A DNA stretch of 64,000 nt from Blastocatellia bacterium. Its GTDB lineage: Bacteria > Acidobacteriota > Blastocatellia > RBC074. The notes under the pieces are model-generated. The model did not search any database, was not told the DNA's origin, and saw only the letters and a program-made list of their open reading frames with translations. The first letter of the stretch is position 1, and each line of letters begins with the position of its first letter. A program made the position numbers and the translations under genes. Shown here in pieces: positions 1-12,700 of the stretch. The stretch covers positions 67 to 64,066 of the forward strand of contig DAOMFR010000019.1 in the NCBI GenBank assembly GCA_035429885.1, given 5' to 3'.

Positions 1-36
1 ATCAACTTGCGCCGGAGCATAAACGGGTTTTATTAG
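1..36 (+). CDS. possible 3' end of an upstream gene ([11 protein letters not shown])
   Basis: Frame 1 is open from base 1 to TAG at 34-36, 2 nt before the next ATG. Too short to identify. Confidence 0.3.
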   Translation: MNLRRSINGFY

Positions 37-38
37 GA

Positions 39-650
39 ATGCTGGTTGAAGATGACCGATTGCAGCGTTCGGCTCGATTGGATTTTGCAGTAATTCAGCT
101 CAAACGATTGTGTGGTGAGCGAAATCTGGATTGGGACGCCATGGCCGAAGGCGAGCGGGAATCTTTCCTGGACAGTCTGATCCGCGAAAACGAATTGTAT
201 TCCACGCAAGTCGGCACGAATTCGTTGGCGATTGTCGCGCCGTGTCATCACTGTGGCCGCGACATGACGCCCAGCGATCTGTATCGCATTTATTTCGGCG
301 AACGTCCGCCCAGCGTCGAACGCACTGCGGCTATGTTGATGGTGATGGATATGGATACCGACGCGCATTTTCCGCTGGCGTCAGAACACGAAATTACGAT
401 TGGCCGTCTTGACCCGCATCGTGGCATCCGGCCCGATGTAGATCTGTCCAAGTACGATCCGGCTTCGCGCATTTCACGCCGCCACGCCAGAGTCACCACG
501 CGAGGTCATCAGTTTTTTATCGAAGACCTGGGCAGCGCCAACGGAACCGTCATCAATGGACGCACTCGGCTGAAACCACAAGAACCGTATCCGTTGGTCA
601 ACGGAGATGTCGTCAAAATCGGTGAAACTACTTTGAAATTTGTCGGCTAA
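39..650 (+). CDS. FHA domain protein
   Basis: C-terminal FHA pattern [57 protein letters not shown]; CHHCG motif in the N-terminal half. Confidence 0.85.
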   Translation: MLVEDDRLQRSARLDFAVIQLKRLCGERNLDWDAMAEGERESFLDSLIRENELYSTQVGTNSLAIVAPCHHCGRDMTPSDLYRIYFGERPPSVERTAAMLMVMDMDTDAHFPLASEHEITIGRLDPHRGIRPDVDLSKYDPASRISRRHARVTTRGHQFFIEDLGSANGTVINGRTRLKPQEPYPLVNGDVVKIGETTLKFVG

Positions 651-690
651 AACGCTGTATCCCGCCGCTTCTACTTGGTTTGGAAACTGA

Positions 691-2607
691 ATGAAACGTC
701 CAACGTTGCTTACACTGCAAGTCGCGATCCTGCTTTGCCTGGCTCTTTTTCCTGAAACGGCTCGACTGCAACCCAACACCATCGCCATCATCGGCGCGAC
801 CGTGATTGACGGAACGGGCGCTGAGCCCAAACGGGCAACCGTCGTCATCCGTGGCGAACGAATCGAGGGCGTGCTTGCTGCCGACGCCAAACCGCCAGAA
901 GGCGCTCGCATCATCAACGCCGAAGGCCAGACGTTGATGCCGGGCATTTTCGATCTTCACACGCACTTGCCTTATGCCAGCGGAGGCAGCGTGAGCGGCG
1001 ACTGGCCCAAACATCTGAAAGCGTATCTATATTGCGGCGTCACCTCGGTTGTGGATTTTGGGACGTACCCGGAAACCTTCGAACCGATGCGGCGGCTGAT
1101 CAAAACCGGCGTCATCGAAGCTCCACACATTAGCTTGGCCGTACGCATGACGACGCCGGGCGGCCATGGAGCCGAAGGCGGGCGCGGCGATTTCTTTTCG
1201 CTGGAAGTGACTACGGCCCGCGAAGCTCGCGCCGCAGTTCGCCGGATTCTTTCGTACAAGCCGGATGTCATCAAAGTGTTCACCGATGGTTGGCGGTACG
1301 GCGCTGCGCCGGATATGACCAGCATGAATGAAGACACGCTGACCGCATTGGTGGACGAAGCTCACAAAAACAACCTGGAAGTTCTGACCCATACTGTTTC
1401 GCTGGAGAAAGCCAAAATTGCTGCGCGGTCGAAAGTAGACGTGATCGCTCACGGGGTAGGGGACAAACCCGTGGACGAAGAGCTATTCAAATTGATGAAA
1501 GCCAGCGGAACGGCTTATGTGCCAACCTTGGCCGTCTATGAACCAAGAGCCAGAGACATTTTGACGCCGCTGCTCGACACAGTGCTGGAACCGGCGGTGA
1601 AAGCGGGCATCAATCCGCCGCTGATCGCTCCGCAAAATCCGCCGCTCAAACCCGCATCCGGTTCTGCTGAAAACGGAGACGCTCCACGTGTGCGCCGGTG
1701 GCAAGTTTTGCAAGCCAACACTGCCGCCTTGCGTCAGGCCGGAATCACCTTCGGGACGGGAACCGACGCCGGAGTGACCGGCACGCATCACGGATGGGCG
1801 ACCTTGCGCGAATTGGAATTGCTGGTGGCCGGAGGATTGACTCCGCTGGAAGCACTGACTGCTGCCACGGGCAACGCCGCCAAAGCCATCAAAGTGGACG
1901 CCGAACGCGGAACTATTGCGCCGGGCAAGTTGGCCGATCTGATTCTGGTGGCTGGCGCACCGCACAAAAACATCGCCGACATCGAAAAAAATAAGCGAGT
2001 GTTTTTGAGCGGCCGCGAACTGGATCGTGAAAAGATGGCGCGTGACATCGCGTCTACTTCGTTGACGCCGATTCCGGCAATCAAGGTGCAGGAATTGGTG
2101 GATGATTTTGAAGCTGCCAATGGCCGCAGCCGTTTGGATACGCTCTGGGTCAATTCGTCCGATTCCGGCGTGGACGCTTCCAAGATGATTTTTGGCAAAG
2201 TCGCGCGCGATGCTGGCAACCACGCCTTGTCCGTTTCGACGCGCATGAGTGAGAAAGATCGTCCGTTTGGACGCATTAACGTTCCACTGAGTAAAGGCGC
2301 GATGGAGCCGGTTGACGCCCGTGAATATCGCGGGGTCCGGTTTGATGTCCGTGGCGATGGCGATTACCGATTGGTCATCCCAGCTTACAATATCCGCAAC
2401 GCCTTCTCACATTTTTTTGCTTCGTTCAAAGCTTCGCCGCAATGGCAAACGGTCAATATAGATTTCGCTTCGCTGAAGCTGCCGGAAAACGCCAGAGTCC
2501 AGGCTCAATGGACTGGCGCGGATTTGCTGATGCTGAGCTTTGAAATTGCGCGACCGGCTGGCGCATTTGGTTGGATGGAACTGGACAATATCCGGTTTTA
2601 CAAGTAA
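691..2607 (+). CDS. secreted metal-dependent amidohydrolase with C-terminal CIA30-like domain
   Basis: Signal-like N-terminus; [48 protein letters not shown] and [12 protein letters not shown] motifs. C-terminal [11 protein letters not shown]...[12 protein letters not shown]...[12 protein letters not shown] resembles CIA30/carbohydrate-binding folds. Confidence 0.85.
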   Translation: MKRPTLLTLQVAILLCLALFPETARLQPNTIAIIGATVIDGTGAEPKRATVVIRGERIEGVLAADAKPPEGARIINAEGQTLMPGIFDLHTHLPYASGGSVSGDWPKHLKAYLYCGVTSVVDFGTYPETFEPMRRLIKTGVIEAPHISLAVRMTTPGGHGAEGGRGDFFSLEVTTAREARAAVRRILSYKPDVIKVFTDGWRYGAAPDMTSMNEDTLTALVDEAHKNNLEVLTHTVSLEKAKIAARSKVDVIAHGVGDKPVDEELFKLMKASGTAYVPTLAVYEPRARDILTPLLDTVLEPAVKAGINPPLIAPQNPPLKPASGSAENGDAPRVRRWQVLQANTAALRQAGITFGTGTDAGVTGTHHGWATLRELELLVAGGLTPLEALTAATGNAAKAIKVDAERGTIAPGKLADLILVAGAPHKNIADIEKNKRVFLSGRELDREKMARDIASTSLTPIPAIKVQELVDDFEAANGRSRLDTLWVNSSDSGVDASKMIFGKVARDAGNHALSVSTRMSEKDRPFGRINVPLSKGAMEPVDAREYRGVRFDVRGDGDYRLVIPAYNIRNAFSHFFASFKASPQWQTVNIDFASLKLPENARVQAQWTGADLLMLSFEIARPAGAFGWMELDNIRFYK

Positions 2608-2657
2608 TCAGTTTCTATACGTTACGGCGAACTTAAACTTTTCCCTCTGGAGGTTCG

Positions 2658-4034
<1,377 letters not shown>

Positions 4035-4060
4035 AGGTCCTTTTGTCGAGCCTTCCTTTG

Positions 4061-4097
4061 GCAAAGAGCGTTGTTCATCACAAACAACGCTCTTTGC
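4061..4097. terminator. hairpin between convergent genes
   Basis: Perfect 15-bp stem gcaaagagcgttgtt / aacaacgctctttgc with 7-nt loop, followed by a T-rich stretch (tcgtttcttctttt), between convergent stops at 4034 and 4119. Confidence 0.85.
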
Positions 4098-4118
4098 TCG
4101 TTTCTTCTTTTACTCCCG

Positions 4119-7100
4119 CTACATTTCAATTGGTCGCGAAACGCGAACGATACGCGCTTTAGCATCTTCCGGCGTGGTCCCGGGCAATTCCAACGGAAAC
4201 AGGTGATCCCACGGTTCCGACGTCAGTGAAGGGGAGATGTAGCTGAGTTCTTGTGCCTTGCTTGCTGTCTGCGATAGCGCAACGTTGATCGCAACTTCGG
4301 GCAATGCGTTCAGTGTCGTTGTTCCAAACTGAACCCAGTCAGTGGCAGACCGATGTTGTGCGGACACTTCCCAACTGTTTCCGGATTTCGTCAACACTAG
4401 GCGCACTGCGTATGGCGCGCTCACCTGCGCGCTGGGAATCGTTGTCTCTTGCACGACAGTTCCTCCGCTATTTTTCAGTTGCAAGGTCACGGAACCGTTT
4501 GCGTTATGCAACGCCGCAATGCTGACCAGTTTCGCACCGTTTGCAGATTGGTTCAGCGAAACACTGTAGCCGCCACTCGTCGTGAAGTTGGCTTTGATGG
4601 AGTTCAAGGTCACCGCCCATTGTCGGCCTCCATCCAGTTTTGCGCCAGAGTAATAATTGGCCTCACTCCGCAAATTGCCAAGCGCCTCCACGCGGTATTG
4701 CACTTCGATAATCCGTCCGCGTAGTTTCCAATCGTTGCCAATGCGGGTTTGCTCGTCCAACGGTTGGCAAATGCCCTGCGCGCCCAGCTTGTACAATCCT
4801 ACATACCGTTCCTGGTCACGGCGCCCGCGCATATCCCGAATCACCTGCGTCAGCACTAACCACCGCGAAAATTGATTAAACCCGGCAAGCGGAGGATCCG
4901 CCGGAAGCGTGGCCGGAACGCCATTGGTCAGTATTTCGACAAAGTTTGGATTGGAAGCGCTGCGACGCAATCTCAAGCTGTTGTAATCAAAATTCTGTCC
5001 GAATTCCGAAAAATCCGGCAGTAACTGCACCCAGTATGGATCGGTCGGTTTGCTTTCAAGAGCCGCGGGATTGCCATTGACGATCAAATTGCGCTTGAAA
5101 ACGAGCTTGGCGAAACTCCATTTATCTTCCAGATTCTTGGGCAATTCTGGAAACGAAAGCAGGCACGACGAAGCGACAAACAGCGGCGCGTCCGCGTCTG
5201 TATCGAAGGTGTGGCCAAGAGGCTGACTCACATTCATCTTGACCTTGCCGCCCGTCCAGGCATCGCCGGTCAGAATCGGATCAGGCCCGAATTCGGGAAG
5301 TTTTGCGCCTCCGGTGGGACTGTCCGCCTCTTGCATTTCAGCAACCAGCGTTTCCGCCAACCCGCCAACTTCGTACCAACTTTCGTTCAACACCACCAAC
5401 AGGCCCGGCAACCGAGCTTTGTTTGCCTCGGTTGTGCTGGCGGCTTCCGTCAACGGGACAACGAATTTTACCTGCGGCTTCGGCACTTCTTCTTGCCAGC
5501 GGCAATTGACCAGATACCGTTTCCAATTGTCGCGCGGATTTTGTGGATCAGTGGTTCCGGGCGAGGTCGCATTCCGGCTGGAATCGACAAACTCAGGAGC
5601 ATTTTTTTGCAGAATTTCCAGCAACCCCGAATACCGTGTGTTGGCGCGGACCGCAAAACGGTAATACAGCGCGCGACGATCCTGGGTTCGGTCGTCTTCA
5701 AACAGCAAAGGACTGTTGTCTAGCGTGCTCAGGCTGGCGCTCGTCAGCATGTAATCATCGTCGCCACGATCGCCGAATCCTTCCGCATCCCACAGAAACG
5801 CATTTGTTGCGGGGGAGTCGGTGTTAAGCGGCAATTTGTTGATTTCGGGTTGTTTATCATTGGTGCGTGCCGGAAATTCTCTTAAAGGACGCCCCTGCCA
5901 GCGCCAAAGCTGACGCCGTAACTCCACGGTTGCCACGTAATCAAACTTGTTGGCCGAACCAGCCGCGCCGCGATCCAGGTGGACAGTCAGCCGTCCGCCG
6001 ACCGCCACAGGACGGATGGCATTCCAAACTTCTTCAGGCGTAGGCAAATCGGTGGTCGCACCTTCCAGCAGCATCCGCAACGGCGAAAAAAGGTAGTAGG
6101 TATTTTCGAATTTCTGCCACGCGCCTTTGGTTGGCGGCGGCAGCTTATGAAACCGGCGCAGATTGTCATCGTCAAACCATTGCGCTTTCACCGGAACGTA
6201 AATGCGCAATTCCGCGACTTCGCCTTTGCCGATGGTCACCACTAACTTGCTGCCCGTCGCTGTGATTTCACTGACCTCGCCGTGCTTGCACAACACGGTT
6301 GTCGGCAGCGATTGCGCCAATCCTATGCCACCAGTCGCTTGCGGTGGCGGAATATCCACTTTCACAGTTTTCGCAACGGCTGCCGTTGGGCGCATCATCA
6401 CCAACTCGGCAACAAAAAAGTTTTCCGCCGCCGGATCGTCCAACGAAATGTCATCGCGATTGTCATCTGATGCCCGGCTGGGGTCTTTGGGCGCTTTGCG
6501 ATGGTAATCCGCCCAAACCTGCTTGCGTTTTTCTTCCGTAGGTTTGTCTGGCCCGGTTTCGGCGTCCTGATCTTTCGCCAGCCAACGGTTCCAGGTGGCC
6601 AGATCGGTCGCCGGTTTTCGCAATCCAAACGAAAATTCGGTTGGATTTGTTGTTTTGAGACTCGGCAGCAGTAGCAAGGGCAGATTCTGCGCTCCGGCGT
6701 TGACCACAGGGTCAGCACCTTTGAAGGTCATATCTTCGCTGGGGTCAGGCAGTGGAATGCCGCTGATGCTGGCGGGATTGAGCTTCAGTTCTCCCGCCAA
6801 TGGAAACACCTGGTCGGGAATCCTGGGCAATTGAATTCGTAATTTCCCAATTTGCCCAATTTCTCCGGCAACGCTGAATCGCGGTTTGCCCACGCGCACG
6901 CGGCGCAGGTATTTCACGCGACGAACCGGCGAAGACACGGCCGACGAAAAGTCCGGCTGGAAAGTTTCAGTCCAGTCTCGCAGTTTGGCGGGATGGCCGT
7001 CGCTGAGTTCTTTCGGCAACGCGCCGCTGTTGCCGATGACAAATGCCGCCAGTTCATACGTCTGGCCGAATTTCAGCGGTGGCAACTTCGCCCAGTTGGT

Positions 7101-9761
7101 ATTTTTGTTTGCCGGTGTGTATTCGATTCTGCCGGCAATGTCGTCGCCCAACTGATTTTCCAGACTGACCCCGCCGGACAATTTCGCCGCCGGGCTTTTG
7201 GCAATCAGCGGGTTGTCGTTGTAAGTAAGCAGCGCCTGCCGCAAATCGTTTTGATACGTCATGCGATACGGAGCCAAGGCTTTCGGGAACACAAGTTTCA
7301 ATCGTTCGTCCAGATCAGAAGTCGCTGTTTCGGCGCGCAGTTCCGCCATGTTCAAACAGCGCCACGGAGCCTGCCCCGTCGTCTGGCTTTGCCGCATCAA
7401 CAAGCCAATCCCGGCAATGCGCCGCAAAAAGTCCTGTGCGTCATCGTCGTTCCCTTCGGCGAATTTGGCCAAACGATCTACCTGAATTGTCACGCCCTGG
7501 GAAATTTCCGTCGGCGAGCTATCGCCTTCTTCGGTTGGATTGTCCAGCATCGGCAGCAGCAACGGTGCAAATCCCTCAGCAAACGCATCCAGACTGGTGT
7601 TCATCCAGGTTTCAATTGTTGTTTTCACTGGCGGCACCGGCACCGCCCCAGATGGCAGCGGCAGGTAATCAGCGTATTCCGCAATGCCGCTGATTCGCTT
7701 GCTGAAATAATCTTTGAGTTTCTGTTTCAGGTTGTCCGTCAACTGTTTGAACTCGTTCCCAGCGGAATGCTTGATGTTGATCAAATCGCTCCAAATACGG
7801 CCGATGTTTCCTGACGCCAGTCGCTGGCGAAGCTGGATCGCAGGCAGAATGCTGTCTTTAAGCGAAGTCGAAAATCGGCTGTAGAACGTTTGCGCCTTGT
7901 TGAAACTCCATCTATCCCAGTCGCTGATGGCAGCAGCAATTTTGTCCGCGGGCGCAACCAACACCGAAGGCTGCGTGAAGCTCAACGGGCCGACGCCAAC
8001 ATTCAGATCAACCACGATGGCAGCGGCATCAAGTTTGGATGTTGTCGCCACCTGCACGTCACTTGCGCCAATTGGCTGCCAAACATTGGCGCCTGTGCCG
8101 AATTGCGCTGTGACAAACCATGACTTTTCAGCTTGCCGCGCGATTTTCAGGCGCAAATGATGATCGGAAGAAATAGGAAATTCGGCCTGTGCCTTTTCAA
8201 TCTCGCTGGCATCAAGCAAGCGAATTTTCAGAGTGTCCGCATTGCGGGAAACTTCAAGCGCGATCTGGCTGGCCGGACTGAGTTTTGGATCCGTCACGCG
8301 GAAGAAGTATTTATCTCCTGAAACCAGTCTAGCGGAATTCAGGTTGGCCAGGGTCAACACCCATGCTCGCCCGTCATTCAAGCCGAGCAATCCGGTGTCG
8401 CCTTTGCCCGGACGAAGGCTTTGGAAGTAACTGGCTTGGGCCGAAGTGATGGTAGTTTTTGTCACGGAGCCGGTTTTGTTCGCAGCCAGATTCCATTGCG
8501 TCAACAAAAAATTTCGCAGGTTGTTTTCATCGGCCAGGGCGCTTTGAATCGCCTCCAATTCCCCCAACTCATCATCCAACCGGTCGCGTCGCCGAAACTC
8601 GGCAGGCTGGCGGATTGCGGCGGTGGCTTTGACTGCCGGGATGCTTTCCACCAGCTTTCGCCAGTCTTCATATGTTTGAGTTCGGTTGTAAAACTCCAGC
8701 GCTCCGCGCATTGAAAGCCGAAACGATTCCATCAAGCCATTGCTTTCCAATCCGACATCACGACAACTGGACAACAGATAACCGGCCACGTCCGCGCCAT
8801 CTGCGCCAGGCTGCACGCCGGTTCCGGCCAGATCACGTGTCGTCGCAACTACAGACTGGCGGAAAAACCTCAACACGGACATGTAAGCCTGATCGTCGAA
8901 ATTGGCCGGATTGCTGATCGCGCCGATATTTTTGCGAAATGCGTCAATTTGCCGCTGCGCCAGGTCGAAAATACCGGCAATCTTGCTTTCCAGCCGCACA
9001 GTCCAATCAGAGCCAAACCATTGCTGTTGCCCGGATTCAAAACTGTTCTTGATCCAGTAACTGCCGAAATCAATGTAGCTGGTAGCAGAGGGATCTGGCG
9101 TCAAAACGACTTTCCACGGCACAACGTACGCCTGCACGCTGTGCGTGCCCGGTTCATAACCCCAAATGTTGATGTCGGTGACCCCGGATCGGGAAATTGT
9201 GCTGCTGGGGCCGGTGGCTTTCGGAACGATGTCGCCCAGAGTTTCGCCTTTGAATTCCGGAACCGCCAAAATGGAATCGCCAGCGGTCAGCAGCGCCGCC
9301 GGCAATTTGAAACATAGCGACAGATTCAATTGCTGGGGCGCAGGTGCAGGCAATGTGGAAACATATCCCAGCAAGTTGCGGAAATAACGGCGGCTTTCCT
9401 GTTCTTCCTCAACGCCCACTGTCGGACGCCAGACAAAGGCTTCGCTGCCGTCCGCAGGATTTGCCCAGATGTCCTTGGCTTCATCCAGAATGGCGTTTTT
9501 GATTGGCGCGCCATCAAACTCACCGTCGTTGACGGGATAACTGACAACATTGGCCAGTTCCAGCGTGGCAGAGTTCTTTCGCCAAATGTGAATGCGTTCC
9601 ACATTTCCCCACAACCAGGGCATTAACAAGCTCAAGGCCTCGGCCTGCGTTCCAGCCAGTTGATCGAACGATGCCGACAGATTCAACCCGAAATATGCCT
9701 GATCCGTTTCATACGCCGGCCATAGCCGCTCCAGATGACAAATGATCGCTACGTTAGCCAT
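4119..9761 (-). CDS. giant protein (1880 aa) of unknown function, downstream gene of a two-gene set
   Basis: Uninterrupted ORF, starts MANVAIICHLERLWPAYETDQAYFG, preceded on the minus strand by aaggaagga (strong RBS). No signal peptide and no recognised domain. Confidence 0.9.
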   Translation of the reverse strand: MANVAIICHLERLWPAYETDQAYFGLNLSASFDQLAGTQAEALSLLMPWLWGNVERIHIWRKNSATLELANVVSYPVNDGEFDGAPIKNAILDEAKDIWANPADGSEAFVWRPTVGVEEEQESRRYFRNLLGYVSTLPAPAPQQLNLSLCFKLPAALLTAGDSILAVPEFKGETLGDIVPKATGPSSTISRSGVTDINIWGYEPGTHSVQAYVVPWKVVLTPDPSATSYIDFGSYWIKNSFESGQQQWFGSDWTVRLESKIAGIFDLAQRQIDAFRKNIGAISNPANFDDQAYMSVLRFFRQSVVATTRDLAGTGVQPGADGADVAGYLLSSCRDVGLESNGLMESFRLSMRGALEFYNRTQTYEDWRKLVESIPAVKATAAIRQPAEFRRRDRLDDELGELEAIQSALADENNLRNFLLTQWNLAANKTGSVTKTTITSAQASYFQSLRPGKGDTGLLGLNDGRAWVLTLANLNSARLVSGDKYFFRVTDPKLSPASQIALEVSRNADTLKIRLLDASEIEKAQAEFPISSDHHLRLKIARQAEKSWFVTAQFGTGANVWQPIGASDVQVATTSKLDAAAIVVDLNVGVGPLSFTQPSVLVAPADKIAAAISDWDRWSFNKAQTFYSRFSTSLKDSILPAIQLRQRLASGNIGRIWSDLINIKHSAGNEFKQLTDNLKQKLKDYFSKRISGIAEYADYLPLPSGAVPVPPVKTTIETWMNTSLDAFAEGFAPLLLPMLDNPTEEGDSSPTEISQGVTIQVDRLAKFAEGNDDDAQDFLRRIAGIGLLMRQSQTTGQAPWRCLNMAELRAETATSDLDERLKLVFPKALAPYRMTYQNDLRQALLTYNDNPLIAKSPAAKLSGGVSLENQLGDDIAGRIEYTPANKNTNWAKLPPLKFGQTYELAAFVIGNSGALPKELSDGHPAKLRDWTETFQPDFSSAVSSPVRRVKYLRRVRVGKPRFSVAGEIGQIGKLRIQLPRIPDQVFPLAGELKLNPASISGIPLPDPSEDMTFKGADPVVNAGAQNLPLLLLPSLKTTNPTEFSFGLRKPATDLATWNRWLAKDQDAETGPDKPTEEKRKQVWADYHRKAPKDPSRASDDNRDDISLDDPAAENFFVAELVMMRPTAAVAKTVKVDIPPPQATGGIGLAQSLPTTVLCKHGEVSEITATGSKLVVTIGKGEVAELRIYVPVKAQWFDDDNLRRFHKLPPPTKGAWQKFENTYYLFSPLRMLLEGATTDLPTPEEVWNAIRPVAVGGRLTVHLDRGAAGSANKFDYVATVELRRQLWRWQGRPLREFPARTNDKQPEINKLPLNTDSPATNAFLWDAEGFGDRGDDDYMLTSASLSTLDNSPLLFEDDRTQDRRALYYRFAVRANTRYSGLLEILQKNAPEFVDSSRNATSPGTTDPQNPRDNWKRYLVNCRWQEEVPKPQVKFVVPLTEAASTTEANKARLPGLLVVLNESWYEVGGLAETLVAEMQEADSPTGGAKLPEFGPDPILTGDAWTGGKVKMNVSQPLGHTFDTDADAPLFVASSCLLSFPELPKNLEDKWSFAKLVFKRNLIVNGNPAALESKPTDPYWVQLLPDFSEFGQNFDYNSLRLRRSASNPNFVEILTNGVPATLPADPPLAGFNQFSRWLVLTQVIRDMRGRRDQERYVGLYKLGAQGICQPLDEQTRIGNDWKLRGRIIEVQYRVEALGNLRSEANYYSGAKLDGGRQWAVTLNSIKANFTTSGGYSVSLNQSANGAKLVSIAALHNANGSVTLQLKNSGGTVVQETTIPSAQVSAPYAVRLVLTKSGNSWEVSAQHRSATDWVQFGTTTLNALPEVAINVALSQTASKAQELSYISPSLTSEPWDHLFPLELPGTTPEDAKARIVRVSRPIEM

Positions 9762-9797
9762 TTGTGTCCTTCCTTTCTGCTGAGAGTTGATGTTTCT

Positions 9798-12700
9798 CTA
9801 TTCGAACATTGCCAAGTATTCAGCCGCAGCCAGATCAAATTCATCTCCGGCAGCCGCCAATTCCAACGCAAAGGAACTGGCGATTGCCGCCTGGGAACCT
9901 GAGCCTGAGCCTTTCTTGAACGTGTAGGTGACTGTTTTGCTGAATTTGAACGTGAAGCACCAGCAAATCTTGATGCGCACTTTCAACGTGCCGCGCCCGA
10001 CTAGCGATCCGTCGCTGCTGTATTGAGCTTCGAGCAACAGCGAAATCGAAACCGAGACAATGCTGAGCACTTCGACTTCGCCTTTCAGCAAAAGCATCAG
10101 CGTGATGGCAAACGCCGAGCCGCCGCCTGTGTCAATGTGAAAATCGGCGTAGATGCCGAAGGTGATCGAAACTGAGCCTTTGATTGGCCCCAGCGCAATT
10201 GCCAAAGACGCGCTGGCGGTAATGCCGATGGTGATGTCACCCAGCAAACGATTATTCAACGGGTAATAGGTCAGGCGCGTATCGAACCAACCGCCACCGC
10301 CCAGAATGAAAATCGTCAGGGTGAACGGGTCTTCTTTCTTGCCGAATGAAAGCGCGACGCCAAGCGCGAATTCGATGCCGGTCGAAACCGGGCGCAGCAA
10401 CAAGCGGAATCCAGCGCCCATGACCAAACCGCTGATGCCAAACGCGCCAAGCTGCACGGGCGGCAGCGGCAGGTCAATCACGGTTTCAACACCAGCCGGT
10501 TTTCCATCAATGATGATCAACCGAATCGGCGGCAAATCGTCGCCACTTGAAGGCAGGAATTTCTTCAACAGATCGGTCAGGAATTGCAGCGCGCCTGCCA
10601 TTTCGATCTTGTCGGTTGAAATGTCGAAGCGAATCTTGCCCTGGTCATTGAACGTCAGCGTCGTTTCGCGGAATGTGACCACGGACGTGCCCAGGATAAT
10701 CAGTTCCCAGTCGCCTTTGATCTGGCCCTGGACTTTCAGCCGCGGGGCGCTTCCCAATTCGGCGGTAATCATCGCTTCGGAGGTAAAGGTGGCTTTGGCC
10801 AGCTTCAACTCAACGGGACCGAAGGAAAAGATCGTTGCCTTGTCTGTCAGCGGAACGTTAATCGTCGCTTTCACCCATGCGCGTCGCGCTTGCGTGTCAA
10901 CGCCGTGGGTGACTTTGACATTTTCGCCGTTGCCGATGCCCGGCAGTTTGGGCAGGAGCGGAAACTTTAATCCCGAAAACAGTTTTTCAAGCTTCAACCC
11001 CGCAAAGTCCGGAAACAGATTGGAGAAGTCGAAATTTTCCAGCGCGTCTGGCACAACGCGATCAAGCAGGTTCGCGACCGGGAATCGCAACCCGAATCCT
11101 TTCAGATCATCTCCCAGCCGGTTGAACAATGCCGTCACTGGCGTCAAGTCTACGTGGCGCTTTAGTTCGTCAAAGTAATACGCCAGCCGCAACCGGTTGA
11201 AATCCAGCATCGGAACGCGCGGCGCATCGCCGAATGCGCGCAACAACCGCAGGGTCGTGTCGCCGATTTGATGAAGCGTTTCGTCCGCCAAACCGGCGAA
11301 TTCGCCCAACGCCTGATTGACCCGGTCAGCAAACGGAGCCAGCCGGAAGCGTATGTCATCAAACACACGCTCTATATCGCCGCGTAATTCGGCAAACGGC
11401 TTGCCAATGCTGGCAGTCAGTTGTGCTTTGAGCTTTTCAAGAAAATGGTCAGCAACATTGCCGCCGCCAAGCAGATTGTTCAGCACGTTGCCGAACTCGC
11501 TGGCTTCATCCAGCAATTTGGCGACCAGCACATTGCAGGTGATTTCGCGGACCTTGGCTTTCGCATCCACAATAGCCTGCCTGAAATCCGATTCCGCCTG
11601 GTTCACCACATCGCTCACGGCTTGACGCAATGCCGCTGGCGTTGCCTGCGCCTGATTGACGGCTGCAACCAGCTTTGCTTGTATCCCTTTTATAACCTGG
11701 CGAGGCTTGTTGACTTCGGCTTGCGCCTGCGACAGCGCAGCTTGAATTTCCGTGCGAAGATTCTTCAGGTCGTTTTCGAGCTGTACGAACGCGGTGGAGA
11801 GATTGCTTCTGAACGCTTCCAGTTCCGTCTTAACATTGGTCGCGCCTTGTTGCAGTTTTTTGTCAATTTCGCCCAGTTGAACGTCAATTTTCTGGCCGAG
11901 CGAAGCAATGTTGGAGCGGACTTTTTCGATCAACCCTGCCAGCTTGGTTTCTGTCCCGCTGCGAGCGGCGCTTTCCAATTTTCGCAGCAAGGCTTGCAGC
12001 CTGCGGCGCAGCTCTTCGATTTCCTGACGGGCGCGCGCCGAACCTTCTGTTGTCAGCTTGTCAGCAATGTTGATGACGGCATTAATTTCGCGTTCGGCCT
12101 GCGTTTTGAAATCGAGCGCAGCCTGATAGCCGGTTTCGGCCTGTCGCATCAATTCTTCCAGGCCGGTATTGACGATCGTGAAAAGGTCTTCGATACGGCG
12201 GCCATATTCATTGATGGCGCCTATGACATTGTCTTTTAGATTGCCGGTTGCCTGGCTCAGCCTGTCAATGGATTTATGTAAATCCGCTTCGATGTCGGCG
12301 AACAATTTGATGACGCGATCCTGGGCAAAATCAATTGCCGCATCGGTGGCGTTGTTGAGTACACCGCACAGCACATTCTGGCCGCGAAACAGGTCGGAGA
12401 GTTTTTTGTCGCCGACGGTTTGGTTGATCAGCGCGTTGAAATTTCCCTTCAAGCCATCTGACGAATTGTGTTTGGCAATCAGTTCATCAATCGTCTTCGT
12501 TAGTTCGGTGACCGCCGCCTGTGTCACGTTGCCGTCTTTGGGCAGTTTCGACAGGATAGTTTGCAGAATTTCTTCGGTTTGTTCGGTGATGCGTTTGAGT
12601 TTCGCCACGCCTTCACGCGCCGCAATGACTCCATTACGCTGCGCGCCTTCAGTAAATTCCTCGACAGTGCGCAGGCGAGCGCGCACCATCGTCACGTTCC

